The position numbers and the translations under genes are program-made. Below are positions 30,979 through 41,523 of a stretch of DNA of 64,000 nt, in pieces; the stretch's first letter is position 1, and each line of letters begins with the position of its first letter. The stretch is from NCBI GenBank assembly GCA_005223125.1, contig NJBH01000016.1, positions 24,022 to 88,021 on the forward strand, given 5' to 3'. The DNA comes from Promethearchaeota archaeon Loki_b32. GTDB taxonomy: Archaea > Asgardarchaeota > Lokiarchaeia > Sigyniarchaeales > SOKP01. The notes beneath the pieces are model-generated. The model worked only from the letters and a program-made list of their open reading frames with translations. It had not been told where the DNA came from and did not search any database.

Positions 30979-31743
30979 ATGGTCGATAATAATATTAAAA
31001 TTATGGAGGGTGCTGGTCCCTTTTATTTTGAAGGAAGTAGAGTGGGAATTATAATGATACATGGGGGTGGAGGAGGTACGTGTGCTGACTTGAAACCACT
31101 TGCAGAAGATTTGCATAAGAAAGGAGGATATACAATTTCTGTTCCTTTACTCCCCGGATTTGGTACTACACCTAAAGATTTAAAAAATACTCATATTGAA
31201 GAATGGAAATCTGCTTTAAATAAGGAATTGGGTATGTTAATGGAAAAATGTGATAAAATTTTTATGGGTGGTCATTCTATGGGAGGTGTTTTAACACTGA
31301 TATTAGCAGCTAATAAGAATTTGGATGGAATTTTTACCATTAGCGCTCCTATAGGCGTGCGGAAATTTTTATTTCATCTAGTACCATTCTTCCAACTTTT
31401 TGTAAAATATCATTCTGTTAATTCAGAACAATTCAAAAAAGATACAAATGGAAAGTGGATTGGATATAATAAGATTCCCTTAAATATCGCGATAAAAATA
31501 AAGAAATTGATGAAAGAAATGAAGAAATCCTTATCCAATGTAAATGCTCCAGCTTTATTATTTCAAGGATGTTTAGATTCAGACATAAAAAAAAGCAGCA
31601 TTGATTATATTTTCATTAATATCAGTACAAAGAATAGGAAAAAAGTTTGGCTAACACAAAATAGCCATCCTATATTAGAAAGTCCAGATCATCATCAAAT
31701 CGTTTCAGAACTTTTTAATTTCATTAATAAAATTTGTCCTTAA
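30979..31743 (+). CDS. Alpha/beta hydrolase (carboxylesterase-like)
   Basis: GHSMGG nucleophile elbow with downstream Asp and His positions. Confidence 0.88.
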   Translation: MVDNNIKIMEGAGPFYFEGSRVGIIMIHGGGGGTCADLKPLAEDLHKKGGYTISVPLLPGFGTTPKDLKNTHIEEWKSALNKELGMLMEKCDKIFMGGHSMGGVLTLILAANKNLDGIFTISAPIGVRKFLFHLVPFFQLFVKYHSVNSEQFKKDTNGKWIGYNKIPLNIAIKIKKLMKEMKKSLSNVNAPALLFQGCLDSDIKKSSIDYIFINISTKNRKKVWLTQNSHPILESPDHHQIVSELFNFINKICP

Positions 31744-31946
31744 ATTATTTATTTATAATTAAATTACTAAGAATATCAAAGAGTAGACTTTTGAAATTTT
31801 TAAAAATTTTAATAATAATTGAATATTATTTATTTGGTAGAGTTTTATGAGATCAATTCTTAATTACTATAGAGGTAACAGAAATTCCATTAAATTTGTT
31901 AAAGGGTATCCTAATTAAATTATTTTAAAGATGAGAGAAATATCTT

Positions 31947-33176
31947 ATGATTAAGAATATAAATAAAGGACATACTTTACTTGTAAAGGGTCCAGCAAGA
32001 ATAACAATATTGGAGGGAAAAATTGATGTTTTTGGCAAGATATATCTCCCTGAAAAAGAAAAAGAAGAATCATCCTCATCAATAGAGAAGGAAAATGTTT
32101 TAATAGTCCCTAGTGCCCAATGTTATCCTCTATTTACAGTAGACAATTCAAAATTAGAAATATATAGTAATGTTGAAGATAATATTATAGAAGTCGAAGA
32201 AAATTCAATCTCTCCTAAGTGGATTGAAATTAAAGATTCAATTATAACAGAGATGACCCAAAATGTTAGTAAACCTTTAAAGATCATGGTTTTAGGAATA
32301 AGTAGTGGAAAAACAACTTTTATAAAATATCTAGCTAATAATTTCCTGAAAGAAGGACTAAAAGGTGGTTATCTTGATTCTGATTTAGGGCAACAAATTA
32401 TATACATTCCTACTACAATTAATATTGGGACAATTAAAGATTATATCGTTTCAAGCGAAAATATTAATTCTGAAAAAACTGTGTTTATTGGCGCAACTTT
32501 TCCTAAAGGAAGTAATAAATATATCGTCTCTCTCTCGTCTAGTGATCTAATTAAGGATTATTTGACTAAAAATAAAGAAACTAATTTTGTATTAATTGAT
32601 ACAGATGGTTGGATAAAAAACGAAGCGGGGATATTATACAAAAATTTTTTCATTAAAACAGTAGATCCAGATATTTTAATTGTATTCCATGATGAAACAA
32701 TTGAAGAACTAGAAGTTATAGAAAAAACATCCTCAAGTTCAAGAAAGGATAGAAAAACATACTTAATTAAAGAGGAAAATAAATATTTTTATGAAAAAGA
32801 CAAAGAAGAGAGAAGGTTTTTACGTCAAAGTCAATTTTCTAAAAAGTTTGAAGAGTTTAGAAAAATTTCAATTCCTTTAGATAATATGAAATTTATAAAG
32901 GCGGATTATAATAAAGAAGAAGACCAAATTATCGAAATGGAGATTAGCGTTAATGATCTTGTCAATCTTCCTTATCATTATGTAATAATAGGTTTAATGA
33001 CTGAAAAATCAGAATTGATAGAAATAGGTCTTCTGTTTATAGTAAATATTGATAAGAATTATATCTTACTATATTCAAACTTAACCTATAAAGAACAACT
33101 CAAAATAAAGAAAATCCTGCTTGGTAGTCTCAGATTATCAACAAAAGGAAATCATCAAGGGTACCTATATCTCTAA
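31947..33176 (+). CDS. Clp1/Nol9-like polynucleotide 5'-kinase
   Basis: LLVKGPA N-terminal domain, SGKTT, LDSDLGQ, IDTDGWI, RRFLR lid. Confidence 0.85.
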   Translation: MIKNINKGHTLLVKGPARITILEGKIDVFGKIYLPEKEKEESSSSIEKENVLIVPSAQCYPLFTVDNSKLEIYSNVEDNIIEVEENSISPKWIEIKDSIITEMTQNVSKPLKIMVLGISSGKTTFIKYLANNFLKEGLKGGYLDSDLGQQIIYIPTTINIGTIKDYIVSSENINSEKTVFIGATFPKGSNKYIVSLSSSDLIKDYLTKNKETNFVLIDTDGWIKNEAGILYKNFFIKTVDPDILIVFHDETIEELEVIEKTSSSSRKDRKTYLIKEENKYFYEKDKEERRFLRQSQFSKKFEEFRKISIPLDNMKFIKADYNKEEDQIIEMEISVNDLVNLPYHYVIIGLMTEKSELIEIGLLFIVNIDKNYILLYSNLTYKEQLKIKKILLGSLRLSTKGNHQGYLYL

Positions 33177-33242
33177 TTTTTAATTTTTATCAGATTATAT
33201 TAAGACCAATTTATTTAAATTGTGTTGTAATTATAATAATTT

Positions 33243-34688
33243 ATGGATGATGATCTTCTTACTAAGTTTCTAAAATTGATGAACTCAAAAATTACAGATT
33301 CAGATTTAGAATTAACCGCCCTAGGAAAATCTTTAGGGTTAGATTTAATATCTTTTGCGGATTTAAGAGCTTCTCAAGAAGATACTTTTGCCGATGAAGT
33401 GAGGAATAGGGCTATAGAGAAGATGGAAAAGGAGAAAGATAATTTTTTAAAAAATACTCACTCATTTTATGCAGGTAGTATTGACTTCATGGTATCTGAT
33501 GATCTTGAGGGGAAAAAGTTTTTCCTATTAGAAATTAATGGAGGATCTCATAGAGGTCTTTCAATTATAACCAAAAAACAACAATCTCTTTTATATGATG
33601 GTTATTTTGAAGCTATTATGCAAGCTTCTAGGAAAAAAACGAATAAGGATAATAAAATCTTTATTTTAATCGGTGTACCAGTTAACGATGGTCTAATTCA
33701 TGAAAAAGTAATAATGATTGAATATTTTAGAAAAAAACTTAAAAATAACGGTTATACAGTGAAGATTTTTAATACTGACAATTATGATAAACATTTTAAA
33801 GCAGAATTTGTATTTCTAATAGCAGATTATCGACAACTATCCACATCAATTACATTTTCAAATAATTGGATTAAGTTTAATGAAGAAGAAATTAATGTTT
33901 TAATAGGAGACGGTATTCCAAGGCGCTTAGAAGATGAAAATTTCTTAAAATTTATTAAAGAAGATTTCCGTAAAATTAATTCGATTATTGTTAATCCTAT
34001 TTTTAGAATAACTGATGATAAATCTTTAACATATTTAGCAAGCTATTTCAGTAAAGAGGTGTTAATGAAATACAATTTGCGATATCTCTTATTTACTAAA
34101 GCTTATACAGAAGAGGAATTAATTAACAAATTAGAATATCTCATAAATACATACCAAAGATCTTTTATTATTAAACCACGTGGAGGATCAGGAGGTGCTG
34201 GAGTTATGCCGGTTTCTAAAGACGAAGATTTTCTCAGTATAAAAAAGATTTTAGAAGAAAGTAAAAAAGAATTTTATACTAAATTTATGGAAAATCGTGA
34301 GCCTTATCCGTATACTATTCAAGAAATGGCAGAGTTCTCATTAATTAATTGGAAGGAAGGAAATCATACATTTGATTTACGGATTTATTTATCTCAAAGA
34401 GAAGGTAAAGTTATACCTGTAGGAGGTTTAGCTAGGATAGCTCGAAATGAATATAGTGGGCGTGGGAGTTTAAATAAACAAGAATTTGTAGTAAATTTAT
34501 CTGGGTATAATGGTCAAATTGAAGTTGAAAGAGGAATTGGGTTTTCTGAAAAAAATTGTAAGTTATTAAATTTGACCAAAGATGATTTTGTAAATATGTT
34601 TTGCATAGGTTGTGTATTATTTGCAAGTATTGTTGAGAATTATGAAACAATCATTAATTTCTCAGATTGGGGTAAAATAGTAGATTGA
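33243..34688 (+). CDS. Circularly permuted ATP-grasp ligase
   Basis: GSIDFM..FLLEINGG near the N-terminus; DKSLTY, IIKPRGGSGGAGV, IQEM, FDLRIY, VVNLS in the C-terminal half. Confidence 0.75.
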   Translation: MDDDLLTKFLKLMNSKITDSDLELTALGKSLGLDLISFADLRASQEDTFADEVRNRAIEKMEKEKDNFLKNTHSFYAGSIDFMVSDDLEGKKFFLLEINGGSHRGLSIITKKQQSLLYDGYFEAIMQASRKKTNKDNKIFILIGVPVNDGLIHEKVIMIEYFRKKLKNNGYTVKIFNTDNYDKHFKAEFVFLIADYRQLSTSITFSNNWIKFNEEEINVLIGDGIPRRLEDENFLKFIKEDFRKINSIIVNPIFRITDDKSLTYLASYFSKEVLMKYNLRYLLFTKAYTEEELINKLEYLINTYQRSFIIKPRGGSGGAGVMPVSKDEDFLSIKKILEESKKEFYTKFMENREPYPYTIQEMAEFSLINWKEGNHTFDLRIYLSQREGKVIPVGGLARIARNEYSGRGSLNKQEFVVNLSGYNGQIEVERGIGFSEKNCKLLNLTKDDFVNMFCIGCVLFASIVENYETIINFSDWGKIVD

Positions 34689-34689
34689 A

Positions 34690-34884
34690 ATGAATCTTGA
34701 AACATTAAACTCACTGTTAAATATATCAAATCGGACTACATTATATAGCAAAATATTAATTGAATTAGAAAAAGTTAAAAATTTAGATTATATTATTTAT
34801 CAACCTTATGAAACTGCTGAAGAAATTATGCCGCTCATAAAAATTTCTAAAAATTCTAATTTTAATGAAATTAAGCATGTTTAA
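34690..34884 (+). CDS. Short hypothetical ORF or gene fragment
   Basis: 64-aa ORF starting 1 nt after the ATP-grasp stop codon. Confidence 0.35.
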   Translation: MNLETLNSLLNISNRTTLYSKILIELEKVKNLDYIIYQPYETAEEIMPLIKISKNSNFNEIKHV

Positions 34885-34946
34885 ATCTTTATGGAGCACA
34901 ACATAATGAATATAATGGTCTTTTTAGTATATTAGAGTTCACACAG

Positions 34947-35945
34947 TCATGAATTTAGAAAATTGAGAGTAGCACCAACTAATGCACACTCGTTTTTCTT
35001 TTGTGAATGTCCTCCTTTCTTTAATATAAGCAAATTTTTCTCTGGAGATTCTAAAATCATTTTATTTTCTTTAAAATTCTTGAATTTTATTACTCTGTCA
35101 TTTATACAATGAATTAACATAACTTTCTTAGAGTAAATCTTCCAATCTTCTAATGTTAGTTCTTTTTTTGCAGTTTGTATCAATGAGTAAGGAGATAACA
35201 TTTTATTTTCCTCATCATTAGGGAACAATTTTACTCCTTTCATTAAGTAACTTAGCATTATAATAGGATTGTATTTCGGTATATTTTGCTTGTAATGTGA
35301 CATTGAAGAAATTGCAACAATTTTTTCAATATTTCTATCTAAAAAACCTCCAGATAAAACTGTTATAGCACCTATGCTAAAACCAACACAAGAGATTTTC
35401 ATATTTGAAAATTCTTCTTGATTTTTAACCCACTCAATTATTTTTTTAAAATCCTCAATTCTTTCTATAAAGTCACTTCTCTTTCCTGCTTTTTTAGATT
35501 TTCCCGTACCTCTAGCATCATAAGCTAAAACAACATAACCTTGATAAGCAAGCGGATAATAGAAATACTCAAGTGTTTCTTTCGTGTCAGAAAATCCATG
35601 ACAGACTATAACTAGAGTATTTTTTAATTTAATTTTTGCTTGATTCTGATTCTTTACCAAATTTGCTGATAAGAGTCCATTAGAAACATTTATTTTTGTG
35701 TTTGATACTTTTAAATCTTTTAAATAAAGTTTTGGCCAACGATCGAACCAGAGATCTCTAAAGGACCAGTAAATCTCAAAAGGAGTATAAACAATTAAGA
35801 AGGTGGTTAATGATAATAAAAAACAACTTGAAAAAGCAGTTGTATAACATGGATTTCCTAACGAAATATTTACTTCCCAGATGTACCAGCTAAATAATAC
35901 ATCAATAATGATTAATATAATGCGTTTATATGTATTTGAAAGCAA
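34947..35945 (-). CDS. Membrane-anchored alpha/beta hydrolase
   Basis: Two N-terminal hydrophobic helices; HGF, YDARGTGKS, GFSIGA, D and GGH. Confidence 0.88.
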   Translation of the reverse strand: MLSNTYKRIILIIIDVLFSWYIWEVNISLGNPCYTTAFSSCFLLSLTTFLIVYTPFEIYWSFRDLWFDRWPKLYLKDLKVSNTKINVSNGLLSANLVKNQNQAKIKLKNTLVIVCHGFSDTKETLEYFYYPLAYQGYVVLAYDARGTGKSKKAGKRSDFIERIEDFKKIIEWVKNQEEFSNMKISCVGFSIGAITVLSGGFLDRNIEKIVAISSMSHYKQNIPKYNPIIMLSYLMKGVKLFPNDEENKMLSPYSLIQTAKKELTLEDWKIYSKKVMLIHCINDRVIKFKNFKENKMILESPEKNLLILKKGGHSQKKNECALVGATLNFLNS

Positions 35946-36016
35946 AATTTTCCACTAAAAAATATATTCAAGAATAACTTAAGCAATTAAATAATAAAAA
36001 AAATAAAATGTTATTT

Positions 36017-36334
36017 TTATGGCTTTTTTGGTTTTGGACACCCATGATCATGGGCAATTTTACAATCTGGTTTACTTTTTAAACCCGGGCAAGGTTTACA
36101 TTTGACATCTCGTAACATTTTAACAACATCATCGACTTCCATACCTAATTCCTCATCTTCATCTTCGTCTTGCAACATATCATCTTTGATTTTACTAAGA
36201 TCATAATCTAAATCTTCTTCCAAATTATCATTCCAATCATCTAGATCTATCACTTCATCTCCATCTTCATCCTTTTTTCCATCAGGAATTTCATAATCTT
36301 CATCTTCACTTGGAACTCTCTTTTTTTTCGCCAT
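36017..36334 (-). CDS. Small acidic low-complexity protein with C-terminal Cys/His motif
   Basis: Basic N-terminus, D/E-rich core, CKPC..C..H.HGC tail. Confidence 0.75.
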   Translation of the reverse strand: MAKKKRVPSEDEDYEIPDGKKDEDGDEVIDLDDWNDNLEEDLDYDLSKIKDDMLQDEDEDEELGMEVDDVVKMLRDVKCKPCPGLKSKPDCKIAHDHGCPKPKKP

Positions 36335-36452
36335 AGTTCTTACTCACAATTTTAATTGATTTTTACTTGGTAATTTTTTAAATATATAATCTTTGTTAAA
36401 ATTTAATTTTATTTCGATTTTACAATAAGAAAAATTAAATTAAAATTGCCTT

Positions 36453-38549
36453 TTAACTGAAATCGTTTTTTAGTATATCATCTAATTGATTTATTAAACC
36501 TATATTATTGTGTAATCGGTTATATAATTTTTTTATTTTGGTTAAAATAGAATCTAATTCATTTAATGAATAGACTTTATAATTACCTATATCAAATCGA
36601 GGAATTAAAAATTTAAATGGAATTTTTTGTGGTTCTATATTTAAATCTAATAAATCTCTTAATAAATAATAATCTAAATTAGACTCTAAGAAAAATTCAT
36701 CTAAAAACAATAATTTCACTAAGGAATTGCTTAATCTTTTAAAAAATTTAAGATAAATTTGTATTTGATTATAGTATTTATTGTTAAATCTCTCTAATTC
36801 AGGATTTTTTACAATTTCAGACTCTTTTGAGTCAAGATCATATATTAATTGTGAAAGCAGTTGTAGGATTTTTCCCAATTGTGATAAAAACAAAGGAAAT
36901 TTACTTGGTAATGGTAATCTTTTAATAAAGCTACCATTGAATCTTAGATAACCTCCAGCCATATGTAATGTACTAAACAGTGTTTTAAACACCAAGTCTA
37001 ATAAGTTTGAATTTAGAATGGTTAAAAGCCCGAATAATTGATCAGTATTAAACGAATCAATCTTTATAAAATAAAGACCTGTTATATTGGTAAATATCCC
37101 CGGATCGTAACAGCATGTTAAACATTTCGCGATTTCCCTAAAGATTAGTTTTTCGCAACTAAGAGCGCTCCAAATATGTTCAAAACTAGTATTATAATTA
37201 AAAAATGAAATTTCAATATCTTTCCCCGCAATTTTTATTCTTTTGTTAAATTTGACATGATATTTTTCAATATTTCCTGTTCCAATTAATAACAAATCAT
37301 TATCAGATTGGCGTTCATCACTTACATTATCAAAGTGTTTTCTATATTTTAAAAAACCAAATGGTCGATATATGATTTTTAAATCTTTAACAGTTTCAGC
37401 AAAGGTTTTAAAGTTTTTAAATAGATATGTGATTAATTTAATATTTCCTGAGATTGGAATTACATTAGAAGGAAATTTATGAATTACGTTTTGATGGAAT
37501 TTTATAGTTCTAATATTACTATTTTCAAGTAATTCATCCATACCATTGAAGATTCTAACATTTACCTCTTGTTCCTCACTTTGTTTACCTTTTTTTAAAG
37601 TTAGGATAATAGGATATGTAGCTGTATTTTGAAATATTGGTATTGACGAGATATTTACGATTTCTTTAATTTCTGATTCATTTAATAATAGTTTTCTGAT
37701 TTTAATACCATAATCTGCAGATAAGAATTTATTAGGTAAAATAAATGAGAGATATCCATTATTTTTTAATAATTCTAAAGATCTCTCAATAAATATTATT
37801 GAAAGGTCAAATAAACGAAACGCTGTTTTAAATCTTTTAGTTATTTTTTTCTTAAATTCTATATCTTTAATCTTTTTATTTTCTACATAAGGAGGATTTC
37901 CAATTATTATATCGAATTTGTCAGACCTAAATTCTAAGAGAAAATCAAAGTTGAAAATATTAAATTTTAAATCGAATTTATCAATAATTTGGTTAAAATT
38001 TGTAAGGTTTAGACTCTTTAAGTCTATATTATGAAGGATAGATAGGTCCACATTAGTAGATATAAGCCATTTTATTAACCTCAATTTTGAGATAATATAA
38101 GCAGAGTTATCAATTTCAATTCCATAAAGATTTTTCTGAATTATTGCTTTTTTTATATCATAATCAGATAATTCTGGGTTTAAAATTCGATATAATTGAT
38201 ATAATTTTTCAGCTATAGTTATCAAAAATCTCCCAGAACCACAGGAGGGGTCCAAAATCCTTATATTTTTAATTTTTTTAATTAAATTCTCTTTCACTTT
38301 CTGATTTTTTATTTTTAAAGGAATTATTCCGTCTAAATTCTTTAAGTTTTTATTTAGATTTTGAAAATCTATGATTTTTTCATAGTAAATTCTGAAAATA
38401 TTAGAGACAATATAATCTACAAGTTCTTTTGGAGTATAAATTATCCCTAGACTGCGACTAACTTCTTTTTCAAGAAATTTTTTATTTTCAAAATTTTCAA
38501 TATGCTTCTCAATATAGGTTAATAACTTATGAGTCAGTGATTCTTCCAT
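36453..38549 (-). CDS. N6-adenine DNA methyltransferase (TaqI/Eco57I-like)
   Basis: IYTPKELV, ILDPSCGSGRF, YGIEID, IIGNPPYV; TaqI-like C-terminal target-recognition region. Confidence 0.9.
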   Translation of the reverse strand: MEESLTHKLLTYIEKHIENFENKKFLEKEVSRSLGIIYTPKELVDYIVSNIFRIYYEKIIDFQNLNKNLKNLDGIIPLKIKNQKVKENLIKKIKNIRILDPSCGSGRFLITIAEKLYQLYRILNPELSDYDIKKAIIQKNLYGIEIDNSAYIISKLRLIKWLISTNVDLSILHNIDLKSLNLTNFNQIIDKFDLKFNIFNFDFLLEFRSDKFDIIIGNPPYVENKKIKDIEFKKKITKRFKTAFRLFDLSIIFIERSLELLKNNGYLSFILPNKFLSADYGIKIRKLLLNESEIKEIVNISSIPIFQNTATYPIILTLKKGKQSEEQEVNVRIFNGMDELLENSNIRTIKFHQNVIHKFPSNVIPISGNIKLITYLFKNFKTFAETVKDLKIIYRPFGFLKYRKHFDNVSDERQSDNDLLLIGTGNIEKYHVKFNKRIKIAGKDIEISFFNYNTSFEHIWSALSCEKLIFREIAKCLTCCYDPGIFTNITGLYFIKIDSFNTDQLFGLLTILNSNLLDLVFKTLFSTLHMAGGYLRFNGSFIKRLPLPSKFPLFLSQLGKILQLLSQLIYDLDSKESEIVKNPELERFNNKYYNQIQIYLKFFKRLSNSLVKLLFLDEFFLESNLDYYLLRDLLDLNIEPQKIPFKFLIPRFDIGNYKVYSLNELDSILTKIKKLYNRLHNNIGLINQLDDILKNDFS

Positions 38550-38652
38550 CTAAATATAACTTTTAATCTTAATTTCCTTTATTTATAAAAACATTAGAAA
38601 CTATAATAAAAATAATTGACCTAATATAATAAAGTTAAAACATACTATTATC

Positions 38653-39561
38653 TTGAACTTTGATTTGAATGAAATCTCACTTTTACCAAATTTAATAAAC
38701 AAACCAGAAAACATCTCAAAATTGAAGATTGATGAAATCTCAAAAATATTAAAGACAGTTAAAAATATTTTGGAAGAGGAAAATTTACTCATAAAATTCA
38801 GTATTAAAGAAAAAGCTGAGGAAGTTTATGTGATAGGTGATATCCATGGAAACTTAGAAACACTAATGAAATTAGTCGAAATCATTAATAAAAATAACCC
38901 TAAAATCATCATTTTTTTAGGAGATATCGTTGATCGAGGACCAAAACAATTTGAGTGTTTATTAATTGTTTTAGCTTTAAAGATTCTTTATCCATCCAGA
39001 TATTATTTTTTAAGAGGAAATCATGAAACCGTAGAAATGAATCAAATTTATGGTTTTTTTCAAGATTTTATTCATAGATTCAATGATAAAATTAATTTCA
39101 ATGAGATTTTAAACATTTACAATGTACTTCCATTATGCGCGTTAATTAATGAAACAATTCTATGTCTACATGGAGGAATTCCGCAAGATATTGATATCTT
39201 AAAGAGACTAGAGGATCTTAAAGGAAAAGATTTCAATAGAGTATTTAAATCAATAGAACAAGGAATAGTTCAAATTATGTGGAATGATCCCAAAGATGGA
39301 TTAACAGGTTTTTCAAATAGTTTTAGAGGTCCAGGAATTAAATTCTATGGAATCGAAGCTTTTGGGAATTTTATGAAAGCAAATAACCTTAAATATCTTA
39401 TAAGAGCACATGAATGTTTTCCTGAAGGATATAGATGGTTCTTTAATAAAAGATTATTATCGATATTTACTTCTGCGAATTATAGAGGATTTTATGCTCC
39501 AAACCCAGCATCTTATGCTGTTATCAAAAATAATGAAATAATTCCAAAATTTATAGAATAG
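38653..39561 (+). CDS. PPP-family Ser/Thr protein phosphatase
   Basis: GDIHG, GDIVDRG, RGNHE, HGGI, WNDP, RAHE, SANY. Confidence 0.94.
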   Translation: MNFDLNEISLLPNLINKPENISKLKIDEISKILKTVKNILEEENLLIKFSIKEKAEEVYVIGDIHGNLETLMKLVEIINKNNPKIIIFLGDIVDRGPKQFECLLIVLALKILYPSRYYFLRGNHETVEMNQIYGFFQDFIHRFNDKINFNEILNIYNVLPLCALINETILCLHGGIPQDIDILKRLEDLKGKDFNRVFKSIEQGIVQIMWNDPKDGLTGFSNSFRGPGIKFYGIEAFGNFMKANNLKYLIRAHECFPEGYRWFFNKRLLSIFTSANYRGFYAPNPASYAVIKNNEIIPKFIE

Positions 39562-39644
39562 TCAATTAATTTCTGAATGAAGATTTCTCTATTTTAAGAA
39601 ATATAGTCTAAATGAAGATTAAATTAATACGAAAATTTCTTTAT

Positions 39645-39908
39645 TTATGTGATTTGAGTGGCATCTGGTTTTATGAAGAGAAGATTATTCCCACGGATGA
39701 AAATTTCATTATATTTAGCCACAGGCGTGCCTTCTAACAATTCAGTGCAATCTTCTAAGATGAGATTCATGTATGCGTCGATTTCCTTTAATAATCCCCT
39801 ATATTCCGTTCCATCTTTTAATCTGAGTAAAATTATTGAGCTTTGAGCTGCTTGAAGGATAGATAAAGGGTTTTTTGACCTTTGTTGATTATTGTTTCGA
39901 CTTGACAT
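39645..39908 (-). CDS. Sm/Lsm protein (SmAP)
   Basis: Sm1 LKDGTEYRGLL..DAYMNLIL and Sm2 IFIRGNNL. Confidence 0.93.
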   Translation of the reverse strand: MSSRNNNQQRSKNPLSILQAAQSSIILLRLKDGTEYRGLLKEIDAYMNLILEDCTELLEGTPVAKYNEIFIRGNNLLFIKPDATQIT

Positions 39909-40011
39909 TTTAAATTAACAAAATTATTATTATATTTATTGAAAAGATAATTTAAAGATAGAATTATTTAAATTAAAACCTTACGACATTAAAAGTCAAG
40001 ATAAAATTCGT

Positions 40012-40635
40012 TTGGTTATTATCTTGGAAGAACATTCTAAAAATCATGATAAAAAGAAAAAGATAATCGATAAATACAATTCATCATCATTTTTCTATGA
40101 TAAAAGGTACAGAGCAATACAAGAAGAAAAATATGAAATTGTCTTGAATAATTACATAGGAAATGAGAAACTCATATTAGATATGGGTTGCGGTACAGGT
40201 TTGCTTTTTGAACATATCATAAAGTTGATATTAGAGAGAGAAGTAATAAGAATTAACTATGTAGCATTAGATATTTCTTGGAACATGCTTTTAGAATTTA
40301 AATCGAAAATTTTTAATTTGAAAAAGAGAAGATTTTCTCCAAATTTAATTTTAGCCGATATAGAATGCCTACCTTTTAGAGAAAATATCTTTTTTTCAAT
40401 TTTTTCACTTACATCTTTCCAAAATTTACCCCATATCCACAAGGGTCTTCTTGAGTTGTTCAGAGTAAGTAAGAACAAAGCTGATTTCAAATTTTCAATA
40501 TTAAAGAAGAATTTAGAATTAGAATTACTGTTAGAAATATTAAGACCAATTATTAAAGATTTGAAAGTTATAAAAAAAGAAAACTTAGAAGATATTATAG
40601 TTCAGGGAAGATTGTTAAAAAATCGAGTATCTTAA
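40012..40635 (+). CDS. Class I SAM-dependent methyltransferase
   Basis: ILDMGCGTG, ALDISWNML, ADIECLPF. Confidence 0.88.
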   Translation: MVIILEEHSKNHDKKKKIIDKYNSSSFFYDKRYRAIQEEKYEIVLNNYIGNEKLILDMGCGTGLLFEHIIKLILEREVIRINYVALDISWNMLLEFKSKIFNLKKRRFSPNLILADIECLPFRENIFFSIFSLTSFQNLPHIHKGLLELFRVSKNKADFKFSILKKNLELELLLEILRPIIKDLKVIKKENLEDIIVQGRLLKNRVS

Positions 40636-40637
40636 AT

Positions 40638-41516
40638 TCATTTTTTATAAAATGAATTAAGAATCTCATCTACATTACTTTCAATTTTAAATTTTTTAGT
40701 AAAATAGTTACAGATATTACCTATATCTCTTTCTAAAAGTGAATTGGCATTAGGATGATCAATTGGAACCCATTGCAACCAATCAATTATAAGAAAATTA
40801 CCTTTGTTATCTAAAACGATGTTAAATTCCCCCAAGTCTCCATGTATCATTTTCCCCTTTTTATAGATTATTCTCAGTTGTTTAATGATTTTATTAAAGA
40901 TTTTCATGGGACTTTTTATAGTTTTAAAATAAACCAACTCTTTTCCTCTCAAATATGACATTATAATTATATGTCTGTTATACGAAATTGGCTTTGGGGT
41001 GTTTAATTTAAATTTATAGATTTTTTCAAGAGCTTCGTATTCCTTTTTGGCCGCAAGTCTATTTATATAGAGCCAAGAGAGATGACCGCGATTACCAATA
41101 AGATCTCGTAGCTTTTTAACATTTTTAAAACTGGTTCTCCCTATTCGATATATCTTAGCTGCATAAATATCTCCATCATCATTCATACAGCTGTATACAT
41201 CTGATTCTTTGCCTTTACCTATTAGAGGTCCCAATTGGCTAATGATGTTTTGTTCTACTAATGTATGCAAAGCAAGTAGATCATAAGCTTTAGAATTAAG
41301 AGTGTATGCAATTTCATGTTTAGAAGCATCTCTAAATATTAAATCGAGTTTATGAACCTTTTTTAGACGAAAGAGCGTTTCTTCCATCTTATATCTCGAA
41401 TAGAATTTTATATTACTCACGGTAACATACTCTGATCTTTTCATCCCAATTTCAATTGCCATTAGTATTCTAAGATCTTCTTTTTCCAGTTTAGTAAGCA
41501 GATTTGCTACTTCCAC
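40638..41516 (-). CDS. rio2: RIO2 kinase
   Basis: N-terminal wHTH, GKGKESDVY, RIGRTSF, HGDLGEFNI, IIDWLQ. Confidence 0.94.
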   Translation of the reverse strand: MEVANLLTKLEKEDLRILMAIEIGMKRSEYVTVSNIKFYSRYKMEETLFRLKKVHKLDLIFRDASKHEIAYTLNSKAYDLLALHTLVEQNIISQLGPLIGKGKESDVYSCMNDDGDIYAAKIYRIGRTSFKNVKKLRDLIGNRGHLSWLYINRLAAKKEYEALEKIYKFKLNTPKPISYNRHIIIMSYLRGKELVYFKTIKSPMKIFNKIIKQLRIIYKKGKMIHGDLGEFNIVLDNKGNFLIIDWLQWVPIDHPNANSLLERDIGNICNYFTKKFKIESNVDEILNSFYKK

Positions 41517-41523
41517 ACTTATT

